A DNA stretch of 39,825 nt from the NCBI GenBank assembly GCA_041389865.1, contig JAWKRA010000044.1:1-39825 (forward strand). Direction: 5' to 3'. Positions 1 to 10,763 of the stretch are shown one piece after another (the first letter of the stretch is position 1; every line of letters starts with the position of its first letter). The notes below the pieces were generated by a model. The model had not been told where the DNA came from. It was given only the letters and a program-made list of their open reading frames with translations, and did no database searches. This stretch comes from Nannocystaceae bacterium (GTDB lineage: Bacteria; Myxococcota_A; Polyangia; Nannocystales; Nannocystaceae). The position numbers and the translations under genes are program-made.

Positions 1-201
1 TGACCCTGCGGACCGGAGGCGCGTCGTGATCGTGCGCGCCCCAGCCCGCCGCGCGCGTCACGGTCGCGCGTCGTTGACCATGTCTATTGGGACATGTCTG
101 TTTGGACGCGTCGAAGCCCGAGGGGGGACGCGCCGCGCTCACCAGCGCCTCGGCCGGAGCCCGTCACACAACGATCTCCGGCGCGCCTTGGGAGGTGCGC
201 C

Positions 202-1368
202 ATGAGCTCGGGCCGCGCTCGACGTCGTAGGATCCTCCGCGGCACCGCCCGCGCGACCGCGGTGCGGGTCGTCGCGCTCCTGCAGGTCGCGCTCGCCCTC
301 GGGCTCGAGCGCGCGAGGCCGGCCCGCGCCGCCGCGCCGCCGCCGACCGCCGCCGTCCCGCTGCCCTCGAGCGAGGCGCTCGGCGCCTGGTACCTCGACA
401 CAAGCCGGACGACCCGGGCCGAGCCGAAGGTCCGCCGCCTGCTCGCCCACGCGCTCTACGACGACGCCAACCCGCCGAGCCTCGCCGAGATCGAGGCCGC
501 CTTCCACGGGCGGCTCCCCGGCAAGCTCGCGGCCGTGATCCTCGCTCGCCTGGATCCGCTCGCCGCTCGTCCGAGCGCGGGCTCCGGCGATCACGAGCTG
601 CTCGCCGCGCTCGACGAGGCCGAGCAGAGCGGGCTCTTCGACCCCTGGATCCCCGCCTTGCTCTGGGGACAGATCGCAAAGCTCCCCGAGCCCAAGGCCG
701 CCGACGCGCGCGCGCGTCGACGCGAGCTGCTCGCTCGCCTCCGCCGCCACGCGCTCCTGTGCGACGCCCTGACCCGCGCCGCGTTCGAGATCGGCCCCGT
801 CGAGTTCAGCCCGTGGCGCAGCAAGGCCGCGCGCCCGATCGTAGACACCGAGCGCGCCTACGGCTTCGCCCTACAGATGGGCCTCGCCCAGCACCTCGCC
901 AGGCCCGACGCGACCACCTGGGCGACGAGCGCGACGATCGAGCTGCGAGTGATCTCCGCGGTCGGTCTGACGATCGCCCGCGACGGCGCGCCCGCGGCGG
1001 TGAGCGCCGGCGCCAAGCTCCGAATCGGTCGCCTCGATCTGCTCGAGACCGCCGCCACCAGCCAGGCGATCCTCGAGCACCCGACGCTCGGGCGCCTGCC
1101 GCTGCCGCAAGGGCGCAGCCTCTCGGTCTGGCAGCTCCCCGAGCTCTTGCAGGGCCGCGCGCGCGAGCTCGCCGAGGACAAGGTCCAGCGCGCGCTCGCG
1201 GGCGACCCGAGCGCGGCGGCCTGGATCGAGGCGACCCTGCCGCTCACCCACGCGCTCCTGCGGGCTGGTCTGCGCAAGGATCCGCGAGGCCGCGGCGCGC
1301 CGACCCTGCGGATGATCCTCGCGCTCTTCGACGACGCGGTGGTGCGCGCGCGCCAGTACAAACGGTGA
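202..1368 (+). CDS. hypothetical protein (about 388 aa). I did not recognise any conserved domain.
   Basis: The frame is open from 94 to 1368. The ATG at 202 sits 6 nt after a GGAGG at 191-195, so I prefer it over the ATG at 94, which lacks a Shine-Dalgarno-like motif. GC3 codon bias is high and there is no homopolymeric Arg run. The start could be either ATG. Confidence 0.5.
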   Translation: MSSGRARRRRILRGTARATAVRVVALLQVALALGLERARPARAAAPPPTAAVPLPSSEALGAWYLDTSRTTRAEPKVRRLLAHALYDDANPPSLAEIEAAFHGRLPGKLAAVILARLDPLAARPSAGSGDHELLAALDEAEQSGLFDPWIPALLWGQIAKLPEPKAADARARRRELLARLRRHALLCDALTRAAFEIGPVEFSPWRSKAARPIVDTERAYGFALQMGLAQHLARPDATTWATSATIELRVISAVGLTIARDGAPAAVSAGAKLRIGRLDLLETAATSQAILEHPTLGRLPLPQGRSLSVWQLPELLQGRARELAEDKVQRALAGDPSAAAWIEATLPLTHALLRAGLRKDPRGRGAPTLRMILALFDDAVVRARQYKR

Positions 1369-1423
1369 CCTGTCCGGCCGTTCAGCCTGGGCGAGCCGCC
1401 GCGACCAGTCCACGATCGGCCGC

Positions 1424-2128
1424 ATGAACGATCGGCACGTCCTCCTCACCGGCGGCTCGGGGGGCCTCGGCATCGCCGTCACCCGGGCGCTCCTCGCCCG
1501 CGGCGCCCACCTGACCCTCACCGTGCGCGACGACGTCCACGCGCAGCGACTGACCGCGTTCCTCGACGACCTTGATGATGAGGCGCGGGCGCGCGTCCGC
1601 ACCGCGCCCGCCGACCTCGCGGACGAAGCCAGCGTGCGCGGGGTCATCGACGCCATGCCGCGCGTCGACTGCCTGATCCACCTCGTCGGCGGCTTCACCA
1701 TGGGCCCGCTCGACGAGACGTCGCTCGAGGCGCTCCGCGAGCAGATCGACCTGAACCTCGTGACTACCTTCCTGGTCTGCAAGCACGCGCTGCGACGGAT
1801 GAAGGAGCGGGGCCACGGCCGCATCGTCACCGTCGGCTCGCGCGCGGCGGTCGAGCCCGGCGCCCAGCTCTCCGCCTACGCCGCGACCAAGGCCGGCGTC
1901 CTCGCGCTCACCCGCGTCATCGCCGACGAGACCCGCGACACCGACATCACCGCCAACGCGGTGCTCCCCAGCATCATCGACACCGCCGCCAACCGCAAGG
2001 CGATGGGCGAGTCGCAGGCCGAGCGCTGGGTAACCCCCGAGTCGCTGGCCGAGGTCATCCTGTTCCTCGCCTCGGAGGCCGCCCGCGACGTCCGCGGCGC
2101 GCTGCTCCCGGTCTACGGCAAGGTCTAG
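1424..2128 (+). CDS. SDR family NAD(P)-dependent oxidoreductase (short-chain dehydrogenase/reductase)
   Basis: The N-terminus carries the Rossmann motif TGGSGGLG and the protein has the catalytic YAATK (YxxxK) motif. It is 234 aa, which is typical of classical SDRs. Confidence 0.85.
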   Translation: MNDRHVLLTGGSGGLGIAVTRALLARGAHLTLTVRDDVHAQRLTAFLDDLDDEARARVRTAPADLADEASVRGVIDAMPRVDCLIHLVGGFTMGPLDETSLEALREQIDLNLVTTFLVCKHALRRMKERGHGRIVTVGSRAAVEPGAQLSAYAATKAGVLALTRVIADETRDTDITANAVLPSIIDTAANRKAMGESQAERWVTPESLAEVILFLASEAARDVRGALLPVYGKV

Positions 2129-2242
2129 TCGCCGCCGACGAAGCTCAACACGAGCGCAGCGGACCTCGCAGTCAGGCTCGCAGGGATGCAGCCGACCCGC
2201 CGCGCTCGACGGCGCCCCGAGCCGCGACGCCTTCGTCGAGTC

Positions 2243-4360
2243 TTACGCGTCGCCTTCGAGCGCGTAGACGCGGCCCTCCCCCGATCGCATGCCAGCGAAC
2301 ACGCGCGCGCCATCGCTGCGCAGCACCACGCTGGTGATGCTCTCCCCGAGCTCGACCCTCGCCAGCGCGCCCCCGCTCGAGAGCTGCGCGACGACGACCG
2401 CATGGTCCTCGGTCCAGGCGACGCGATCGGCCGCGCTTGCGACCGACAGGTGCATCGCCCCGAAGGGTAGATCGAGCAGCTTCGTCGGCGCGCCGTCGGG
2501 GTCGACGCGCGCGAGCCAGCTGCGCGTCTCGTGGTCCGAGCTCCTCCAGTCGAGGTCATCGGGGTCGACGTAGATGCGCACGTCGTCAAACCCCAGACGC
2601 TTCAGTCGCTTGGTGACGCGCGCGATCGCTACGCCCTCGTGAACGCCGACGATCGAGAAGTCGTCGCCGAGCTTCCACGTTCGCAGCAGCGCGCCGGTCC
2701 GCGGATCGAGGAGCGCGAGCTCGCCGCTCTCTCGCCCGGAGTGGGTCAAGAGGCGCCCGTCGGCGAGCGGGTGGAGCGAGTCAAACGACGCGGACCACTG
2801 CCACTTGGGGGCCGGCTGCGACGCGTGCGTCCACAGCAGCTCGCCCGCCGCCGACCACCCCTGGAGGTGCGTGACGCTGTCGTTCTCGCCGCTCCACGGG
2901 GCGTCCACGCCGCGGACGCTGAAGTAGCCGATCGAGACCACGACGTCGCCGACGATCGCGAGCTTCGAGATCTGGCAGGTCTTCGTCGCGCCCGACGACA
3001 CGCGCTCGCCGTCGAGGCTCCAGCGCTGGATCGTGCCGCCGCCGAACGGGCCGACGAGCAGCGAGTCACCGGCGAAGACGAGCGCGCCGACCTGGTGCTT
3101 GCGCGCCGACGCATCCTGGTGGTGGAGCTCGCGGATCAGCGCGCCCGTGGCCGCATCCCACAGGCAGACGCACGGGGGCCGCTCGTGGTGCGTGGTCGCG
3201 AGGAGCGCGCCGTCGCTCGAGAACGCGAACGGCTTGTGATTGGGCTCAGGGTAGCGATCCAGGCAGGCGCGCGGCGCCCCCGTGTCGAAGTCCCACAGGC
3301 GGATGACCGCGTCGCTGTCGGCCGTCGCCACGAGCGCGTCCCCGGGCGCCGCCGTGGCCTCCGACGCGCTGCCGAGGTGGCGCGGCGCCGGCTGCCAGCC
3401 CGCGGTCGGCATCACCCACACCGCTCCCTTCGCCCCGCCGACGAGGACGCGATCGCCGTGGAGGCACAGCGCCGTCACGCCGCCCGCCGGCGCCTTGCAG
3501 CGGAGCACGACGGCGCTCAGATCGCTCGTCATCCCGCGGAGCTCGGAGTGTGTCCCAAAGAACACGCGCGTGGCGTCGCGCGCCATGGCCTGAACCCCCC
3601 ACGCGAAGTCGTCGAGGCGGCCGAGCTCGGCTCGCGCGGGGAAGTCCCACACGATGACGTCGTCGGCCGCGGTCACGAGCCGGCGCGCGTCGAGGAACTG
3701 CATCGCCTGCGGCGCCTGCCCGGCGTGGCCCTTGCCGCTCGTGTTCCGCCCGCCGATGAACAAGCGCCCGAGGCCCAGGTGGCGGACCCAGGACGTGCCC
3801 GTATAGACAGGTTCGACGGCCTTCATGCGCTTGAGGTCCCAGACCAGCACGCGGTGCTCGATCGAGGCCGAGACCGCGTAGCGACCGCAGGGGCTGACGG
3901 TGACGGCCTGGATCACCTCGCCGTGGCCCTCGAGCGCGCCGCGGAGCCGACCGTTGGCCATCGACCACACGCGGACGATCCCGTCGTCGCACGCGCTGAT
4001 GACGTACTCGTCGGTGAGCGCGACCCGGCGCACGTAGCCCTCGTGTCCGCGGAGGACGAACATCGGCTCGACCCCCGCGCGCAGGCTCCACACCCGCGCG
4101 GTCCTGTCGTCGCCAGCCGAGGCCATGAACGCGCCGTGGACCGCGAGGTGATTGACGGGGCCGCTGTGGCCCTCGAGCTCGCGCACGAGCGCTCCCGAGT
4201 CGATCTCCCACAGGAGCACCCGTCCGCCCTCGTCGCTCGAGAGCGCGTGCTCGCCGTCGGGGTGGACGACGATCGCGTGGACGTGCGCCGAGTGGAGCGC
4301 CAGGCGCCGCCACTGGGGCGTCGGCGCGGCGGGGTTTCGATCGACTCGCACGAGCTCCAT
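2243..4360 (-). CDS. WD40-repeat protein, probably a double beta-propeller (705 aa)
   Basis: There are repeated G-H...(V/I)WD/L units, for example 'VLLWEIDSGALVRELEGHSGPVNHL', 'DDRTARVWSL', 'DDGIVRVWSM' and 'HRVLVWDL'. The C-terminal half has further 'IRLWDF' and 'CVCLWDA' units. The ATG at 4358-4360 opens the frame. Confidence 0.8.
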   Translation of the reverse strand: MELVRVDRNPAAPTPQWRRLALHSAHVHAIVVHPDGEHALSSDEGGRVLLWEIDSGALVRELEGHSGPVNHLAVHGAFMASAGDDRTARVWSLRAGVEPMFVLRGHEGYVRRVALTDEYVISACDDGIVRVWSMANGRLRGALEGHGEVIQAVTVSPCGRYAVSASIEHRVLVWDLKRMKAVEPVYTGTSWVRHLGLGRLFIGGRNTSGKGHAGQAPQAMQFLDARRLVTAADDVIVWDFPARAELGRLDDFAWGVQAMARDATRVFFGTHSELRGMTSDLSAVVLRCKAPAGGVTALCLHGDRVLVGGAKGAVWVMPTAGWQPAPRHLGSASEATAAPGDALVATADSDAVIRLWDFDTGAPRACLDRYPEPNHKPFAFSSDGALLATTHHERPPCVCLWDAATGALIRELHHQDASARKHQVGALVFAGDSLLVGPFGGGTIQRWSLDGERVSSGATKTCQISKLAIVGDVVVSIGYFSVRGVDAPWSGENDSVTHLQGWSAAGELLWTHASQPAPKWQWSASFDSLHPLADGRLLTHSGRESGELALLDPRTGALLRTWKLGDDFSIVGVHEGVAIARVTKRLKRLGFDDVRIYVDPDDLDWRSSDHETRSWLARVDPDGAPTKLLDLPFGAMHLSVASAADRVAWTEDHAVVVAQLSSGGALARVELGESITSVVLRSDGARVFAGMRSGEGRVYALEGDA

Positions 4361-4496
4361 CGACCCGAGGGTACACCGTCGCGCAGCGCGTTCGGGGTAG
4401 CGACGATCGAGCGCCGCGCACCGAACGGATCGAGGTCGCCGGCGCGCTCGACCTCACCATCCGCCGCGATCGTCGACGCGAGCGCCCGCGATCGCG

Positions 4497-5108
4497 CTAC
4501 AGGTCGCAGGCTATCGACAGCGAGAAGGGCGCCGCGCCGATCGGGTCACCTGTCGTTGAGTTCAGGTCGTACTTAAGGAAATCCGGGCAGTCGAGGTCGA
4601 AGTCGACGCGGGCCGCGGACAGCTCGCGCACCGTCAGCGCGCAGGTCGCCTCGCTCGCTTCATCGTGCGGGAACCCGTAGGAGAAGTTCGACGAGCCGTC
4701 GGGATCGGTCTTGAAGAAGAACCCGAAGACCGGCGCGTCGGCGTCGTCGCGACCGAACGTGTAGTCGCCCGGATCGAGCCAGCGGACCCCGAAGCTGAAG
4801 GCGTAGTCGCCGACGTTGAACAAGATCGAGTTCTGCTGCTCGGCCGCGATCGCGCTGCAGAAGCCGATCGGCCCGCTGTCGTCGGTGCTCGAGAACGTGC
4901 CGCTCGCGGGGAGGTCTGGCTCGCCGCCGATCTCGAGGCTGAAGGTCCCGTCGATCGACTCGACATCCTGGGTCGGGTCGTCGAGCGTCGGGTCGCCGGG
5001 CCCAGGCCCAGGCCCCGGGATGATGCAGGCCGTCTGCGTGGTGACGGCGAGCATCGCTGCCGCCGCGGTGAAGCGGGCGCGCGCGCCCCTGCGGTGTGTA
5101 CCTGTCAT
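4497..5108 (-). CDS. small secreted lipoprotein, hypothetical (203 aa)
   Basis: An internal ATG at 5106-5108 is preceded by a GGAG-containing stretch (cgagaggagcgaag). It gives the N-terminus MTGTHRRGARARFTAAAAMLAVTTQTAC, which has an n-region, an h-region and a Cys. A PGPGPGPGDP linker follows. The ORF-track start at 5510 would add 134 Arg/Pro-rich residues and looks spurious. Confidence 0.55.
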   Translation of the reverse strand: MTGTHRRGARARFTAAAAMLAVTTQTACIIPGPGPGPGDPTLDDPTQDVESIDGTFSLEIGGEPDLPASGTFSSTDDSGPIGFCSAIAAEQQNSILFNVGDYAFSFGVRWLDPGDYTFGRDDADAPVFGFFFKTDPDGSSNFSYGFPHDEASEATCALTVRELSAARVDFDLDCPDFLKYDLNSTTGDPIGAAPFSLSIACDL

Positions 5109-5623
5109 GCTTCGCTCCTCTCGCGGCCGCTGCCGAGGCGGCCGAGGGCGGGTCCCTGTCTTCGCGGCGGGGAGGCCCCTCGTTTCGTCGGAGATGGTGA
5201 CGGGCGAGCAGGCTGGTCCACGCCTTAAAGCCGGCTTAAACCGCCGAGAGGCGCCGAGGGCCGCGAGGCGCTCACGCGGGGCGAGGCCGCGCGCGGGGCC
5301 GCGCCGCGTTTTGGGTGTCTTAAGGGGAAGGTCGCGGCGGCTCGCGTCGGGGCGCCACCACGGTCGCGCGCGAGGCTGCGCCGACGGGTCGGCGCGCGAG
5401 CGCCTCGCGAGGCGACATCGCGCGAACGGCCGATCGCTTGCATCGGCACACAGTGCGCCACGCCGCTCGCGATCGTCGACCTCACGGACTCCGGGCGACT
5501 CCGGCAGCACCTCGAGGCGCTCCGATGACGTGGGGTCGAATCGATGGGCCCAACGACAAACGACCGCGCGCGCCAGGAGGACGCGCGCGGTCGTCTTGAA
5601 CGGCGCCGGGGCGCCGCGTCGCG

Positions 5624-7438
<1,815 letters not shown>

Positions 7439-7869
7439 GAAGAACCCCCTTCCGCGCACGGTACCGCAGATCTGCCCCCTGGGTCGTCGCCCCCTGAACG
7501 TGAGTCACCGCGCGATCCGAGCAGAGCTGACCTGACCCTAAGAGCTGCTGACGTCCGCGGGGATCCCCGCGCCGTGGGGTCGTGCTGACGCGCTCGACCC
7601 CAAGGGCGGCGGCCTAGCAGCCCGTGGACATAGTCCCCACGCCACCTCGCGGGTCCTCTCGGCCGAAGGCCGTGGCGCCCATAGGCTCGCTACCGCTGCG
7701 ATCTGGCTCCTACCTCTCGGGGTGAGAAGCCGGGCGAGGCGACGCGCGGACTTCATCCACGGGCTGCTGGCGGCGTGCGGCGTGCGGCCACGCCCATCGC
7801 ATCGGGGGGAAACCCCACATCGTGGGCGCTCGTCGTGGAGCGGTCACGTGCGCAGGCGTACCATCGCTC

Positions 7870-8418
7870 ATGCTCGCGATCTGCGTACGCGCGTCCGTGT
7901 TGGTGCTCGCGCTCCCTTCGCTGGCCTGCGGGCCCGGTGACGAGCCGACGGTGACGACCACCGGCGGCAGCGACACCGCGGCGACGAGCGGGTCGGAGGC
8001 GACCTCGGAGAGCGGCGACGGGACGTCGACGACGACCTCCGCGAGCACGAGCGGCGCGACCGAGAGCACGGGATCAACCGACGCGACCGAGACGGCGGAG
8101 ACGACCGAAGCGACGAGCGACGAGCCCAGCCCCGATCTCCCGCCTGAGGTGACCTGCGAGCCGCACATCTACTTCAAGTGCGAGGTGCCCGTCGACTGCG
8201 GGGCGAACGGGTGCGACGACGACCCCAAGAGCCCGTTTGATGCGAATGGTTGCATGCGCCCCGCCTGCCCCGGGGACGTGTGCCCGCCAGGGACCGTGTG
8301 CAAGGCCTGGAACACCGGGTTTGGGGACTACAGCTGCAGCGAGATCGCCGGTCATTGCTACTGCGGTGGCGACCCCGTGCCGGGCGATGTCACCTTCAAG
8401 CTGTGCTTCCCGCGGTGA
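7870..8418 (+). CDS. secreted Cys-rich lipoprotein (182 aa)
   Basis: Starting at the ATG at 7870 gives MLAICVRASVLVLALPSLACGPG, a lipobox-type signal. A Thr/Ser/Glu-rich linker follows, then a 90-aa C-terminal domain with about 14 Cys. The ORF-track start at 7822 is a GTG and adds 16 residues. Confidence 0.55.
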   Translation: MLAICVRASVLVLALPSLACGPGDEPTVTTTGGSDTAATSGSEATSESGDGTSTTTSASTSGATESTGSTDATETAETTEATSDEPSPDLPPEVTCEPHIYFKCEVPVDCGANGCDDDPKSPFDANGCMRPACPGDVCPPGTVCKAWNTGFGDYSCSEIAGHCYCGGDPVPGDVTFKLCFPR

Positions 8419-8434
8419 GGCGCCGCGTCACCGC
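8412..8434. terminator. short hairpin (7-bp stem gcggtga / tcaccgc, 9-nt GC loop) that contains the stop codons of both convergent genes
   Basis: The sequence cGCGGTGAggcgccgcgTCACCGCa is inverted-repeat. The TGA of the plus-strand gene and the TGA of the minus-strand gene lie within the two stem arms. There is no U-tract. Confidence 0.3.
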
Positions 8435-10671
8435 ACCGGGCGAGGCGGACGGCCGGCGAGGTACTGCACCGGCCAGTGGATCCCCGGTCCTTCGTAGCCC
8501 TGCTCAATCGCCGCGTGCAGCGTGAGGTAGGGGTCGGCGAGGTGCGGGCGGGCGAGCGCGCAGAGGTCCGCGCGACCCGAGGCGATGATCGTGTTCACGT
8601 GGTCCCAGCCCTGGATGTTGCCGACCGCGATCGTCGGGATGCCGACCTCGTTGCGGATCCGGTCCGAGAACGGCGTCTGGAACATGCGCCCGTAGATGGG
8701 CTTGGCGGCAGGGCTCGTGCCGCCCGCGGAGACGTCGATGAGGTCACAGCCGCGCTCCTTGAGCGCGCGCGCGACCGCGACCGCGTCGTCGGGCGTAAAC
8801 CCCTCGGGGACCCAGTCGGTCGCCGAGATCCGCACGGCGATCGGCTTGTGCTCAGGCCACACGGCTCGGACCGCGTCGAACACCTCGAGCGGGAAGCGCA
8901 TGCGCCTCTCCGTCGAGCCGCCGTACGCGTCGTCGCGCTGGTTGGTCAGCGGCGTCAGGAACGACGACAGCAGGTAGCCGTGGGCGAAGTGGATCTCGAG
9001 CAGATCAAAGCCTGCCTCTTCGGCCATCTCGGCGGCGCGCGTGTAGTCGGCGACGACCGCGTCCATGTCGGCGCGATCCATCGCCTTGGGGATCCGATTG
9101 GCCGCGCTCCACGGGATCGCCGACGGCCCCAGGAGCTCCCAGCCGCCCGCGACGAGCGGCTTGTCGATGCCCTCCCACAGCAGCCGGGTCGCGCCCTTGC
9201 GGCCGGCGTGCCCGAGCTGCAAGCCCAGCTTGGCCTGTGAGAAGCGATGGCAGTAGTCGACGATCCGCCTCCAGGCGGCGACGTGCTCGGGCTTGTACAT
9301 GCCGGCGCAGCCGGGCGTGATCCGGCCGTCGCGCGACACGTCGGTCATCTCGGCGATCACCAGGCCCGCGCCGCCGATCGCCCGCGATCCGAGGTGGACG
9401 AGGTGCCAGTCGTCGACCGCGCCGTCCTCGGCCGAGTACTGACACATCGGCGAGACGACCACGCGGTTGATGAGCTCGAGCGAGCGCAGGCGGAGCGGAG
9501 TGAACATCGGCGGCGGCGCGGGCTCCTGATCGGCGCAGCCGTGGGCGTCGGCGAACCAGCGATCGAGCGCGGCGACGTAGCCCGGATCGCGCTGGCGCAG
9601 GTTCTCGTGGGTCACGCGCTTCGAACGGGTCAGCAGGCTCGCGACCAGCTGCTCGGGCGCGAAGTCCTTGTAGCGATCGATCTCTTCAAACCACCGCCGA
9701 CTGACCCCCGCCGCCCGCTGCAGCTTGGCGACGTCGAGCCAGCGCGCCTCGCGGTAGGCCGGCAGCGCGCGGGCGACGTCGCCGTGCTCGCAGAGCGCCT
9801 GGCACAGCGCGATCGAGTCCTCCATCGCCAGCTTGGTCCCCGAGCCGATCGAGAAGTGGGCGGTGTGCACGGCGTCGCCGAGCAGCACCACGTTCTCGTG
9901 GTGCCAGCGCTCGCAGCGAATCGTGCGGAAGTTGATCCACGCCGACTTGTTGGTCAACAGCCTGTGGCCGGCGAGCTCGGGGGCGAACAGCGCCTCGAGG
10001 TAGGCGACGCCCTCCTCGGTCGACATGCGATCGAGCCCCGCGCGCCGCCAGGTAGCCTCGTCGGTCTCGACGATGAAGGTGCTGGTCTCCGCGTCGAACG
10101 GGTAGGCGTGGACCTGGAACAGCCCGTGCTCGCAGGCGCGGATAATGAAGGTGAACGCCGAGAGCTTGCGGGTCGTGCCCAGCCAGATGAACTTGGCGAG
10201 GTTGACGGCGATCCGCGGCTGGAACACGTCGGCGAAGTGGGAGCGGGTGACGCTGTTGATCCCGTCGGCGGCGACGACCAGGTCGGACTTGCCGAACTCG
10301 CTCGGGTCGACGCACTCGCGTTCGAATTCCAGCTCGACGCCGACGTCGTCGCAGCGCTCTTGCAGGATCTGCAGCAGGCGCCGACGCGCGACCCCGCAGA
10401 AGCCGTGGCCGCCCGATCGGATCACGCGGCCCTTGAAGTGGGTGTCGATGTCATCCCAGTGGACGAACGACTCGGTGATGCGCCGGTAGCTCTCGGGGTC
10501 GGCGGCCTCGAGGTTGCCGAGGGTGCCGTCGGAGAACACCACGCCCCAGCCGAAGGTGTCGTCGGGCCGGTTGCGCTCGACCACGTGCACGCGGTGCTCG
10601 GGGTGGGCCTTCTTGATGAGGAGGCCGAAGTAGAGTCCGCCAGGTCCGCCGCCGATGACCGAGATCTTCAT
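8428..10671 (-). CDS. bifunctional flavoprotein. An N-terminal FAD-dependent aromatic-ring monooxygenase is fused to a C-terminal Old Yellow Enzyme-type NADH:flavin oxidoreductase. The architecture matches salicylyl-CoA 5-hydroxylase-like proteins.
   Basis: [16 protein letters not shown] (GxGxxG) opens the protein, and a DG...GDAVH-type monooxygenase core follows ('[24 protein letters not shown]'). The C-terminal half has OYE hallmarks ('[10 protein letters not shown]', '[18 protein letters not shown]', 'RISATDW'). I chose the ATG at 10669-10671; an alternative ATG at 10684-10686 adds MARDT. The 936-aa ORF-track version has a 184-residue Arg-rich N-terminus that I reject. Confidence 0.8.
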   Translation of the reverse strand: MKISVIGGGPGGLYFGLLIKKAHPEHRVHVVERNRPDDTFGWGVVFSDGTLGNLEAADPESYRRITESFVHWDDIDTHFKGRVIRSGGHGFCGVARRRLLQILQERCDDVGVELEFERECVDPSEFGKSDLVVAADGINSVTRSHFADVFQPRIAVNLAKFIWLGTTRKLSAFTFIIRACEHGLFQVHAYPFDAETSTFIVETDEATWRRAGLDRMSTEEGVAYLEALFAPELAGHRLLTNKSAWINFRTIRCERWHHENVVLLGDAVHTAHFSIGSGTKLAMEDSIALCQALCEHGDVARALPAYREARWLDVAKLQRAAGVSRRWFEEIDRYKDFAPEQLVASLLTRSKRVTHENLRQRDPGYVAALDRWFADAHGCADQEPAPPPMFTPLRLRSLELINRVVVSPMCQYSAEDGAVDDWHLVHLGSRAIGGAGLVIAEMTDVSRDGRITPGCAGMYKPEHVAAWRRIVDYCHRFSQAKLGLQLGHAGRKGATRLLWEGIDKPLVAGGWELLGPSAIPWSAANRIPKAMDRADMDAVVADYTRAAEMAEEAGFDLLEIHFAHGYLLSSFLTPLTNQRDDAYGGSTERRMRFPLEVFDAVRAVWPEHKPIAVRISATDWVPEGFTPDDAVAVARALKERGCDLIDVSAGGTSPAAKPIYGRMFQTPFSDRIRNEVGIPTIAVGNIQGWDHVNTIIASGRADLCALARPHLADPYLTLHAAIEQGYEGPGIHWPVQYLAGRPPRPVR

Positions 10672-10763
10672 GGTGTCGCGCGCCATGGTAGTCGGCGCGC
10701 CCGAGCGGCTGCGCGGCGTCGCGGTGAGATCGTTCACGGGCGCGCGGTGTATCCTCCGTCGGC

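Noticed and set aside
94-201. Upstream ATG at 94 for the first CDS, and the N-terminal extensions offered by the ORF track for 4497..5510, 8428..11238, 14773..17142, 18170..19696, 18976..20292 and 30133..31329
   Set aside because: The extensions are Arg/Pro-rich and lack RBS support. The internal starts give signal peptides, GxGxxG motifs at the expected position, or start-stop overlaps with upstream genes.
164-1830. Minus-strand ORFs 164..679, 871..1830 and 1382..1816 opposite the first two genes
   Set aside because: These are shadow ORFs with Arg-rich translations.
2531-4576. 681-aa plus-strand ORF and 404-aa minus-strand ORF (3246..4460) overlapping the WD40 gene
   Set aside because: These are shadow ORFs. 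Only the WD40 frame shows repeat motifs and GC3 bias.
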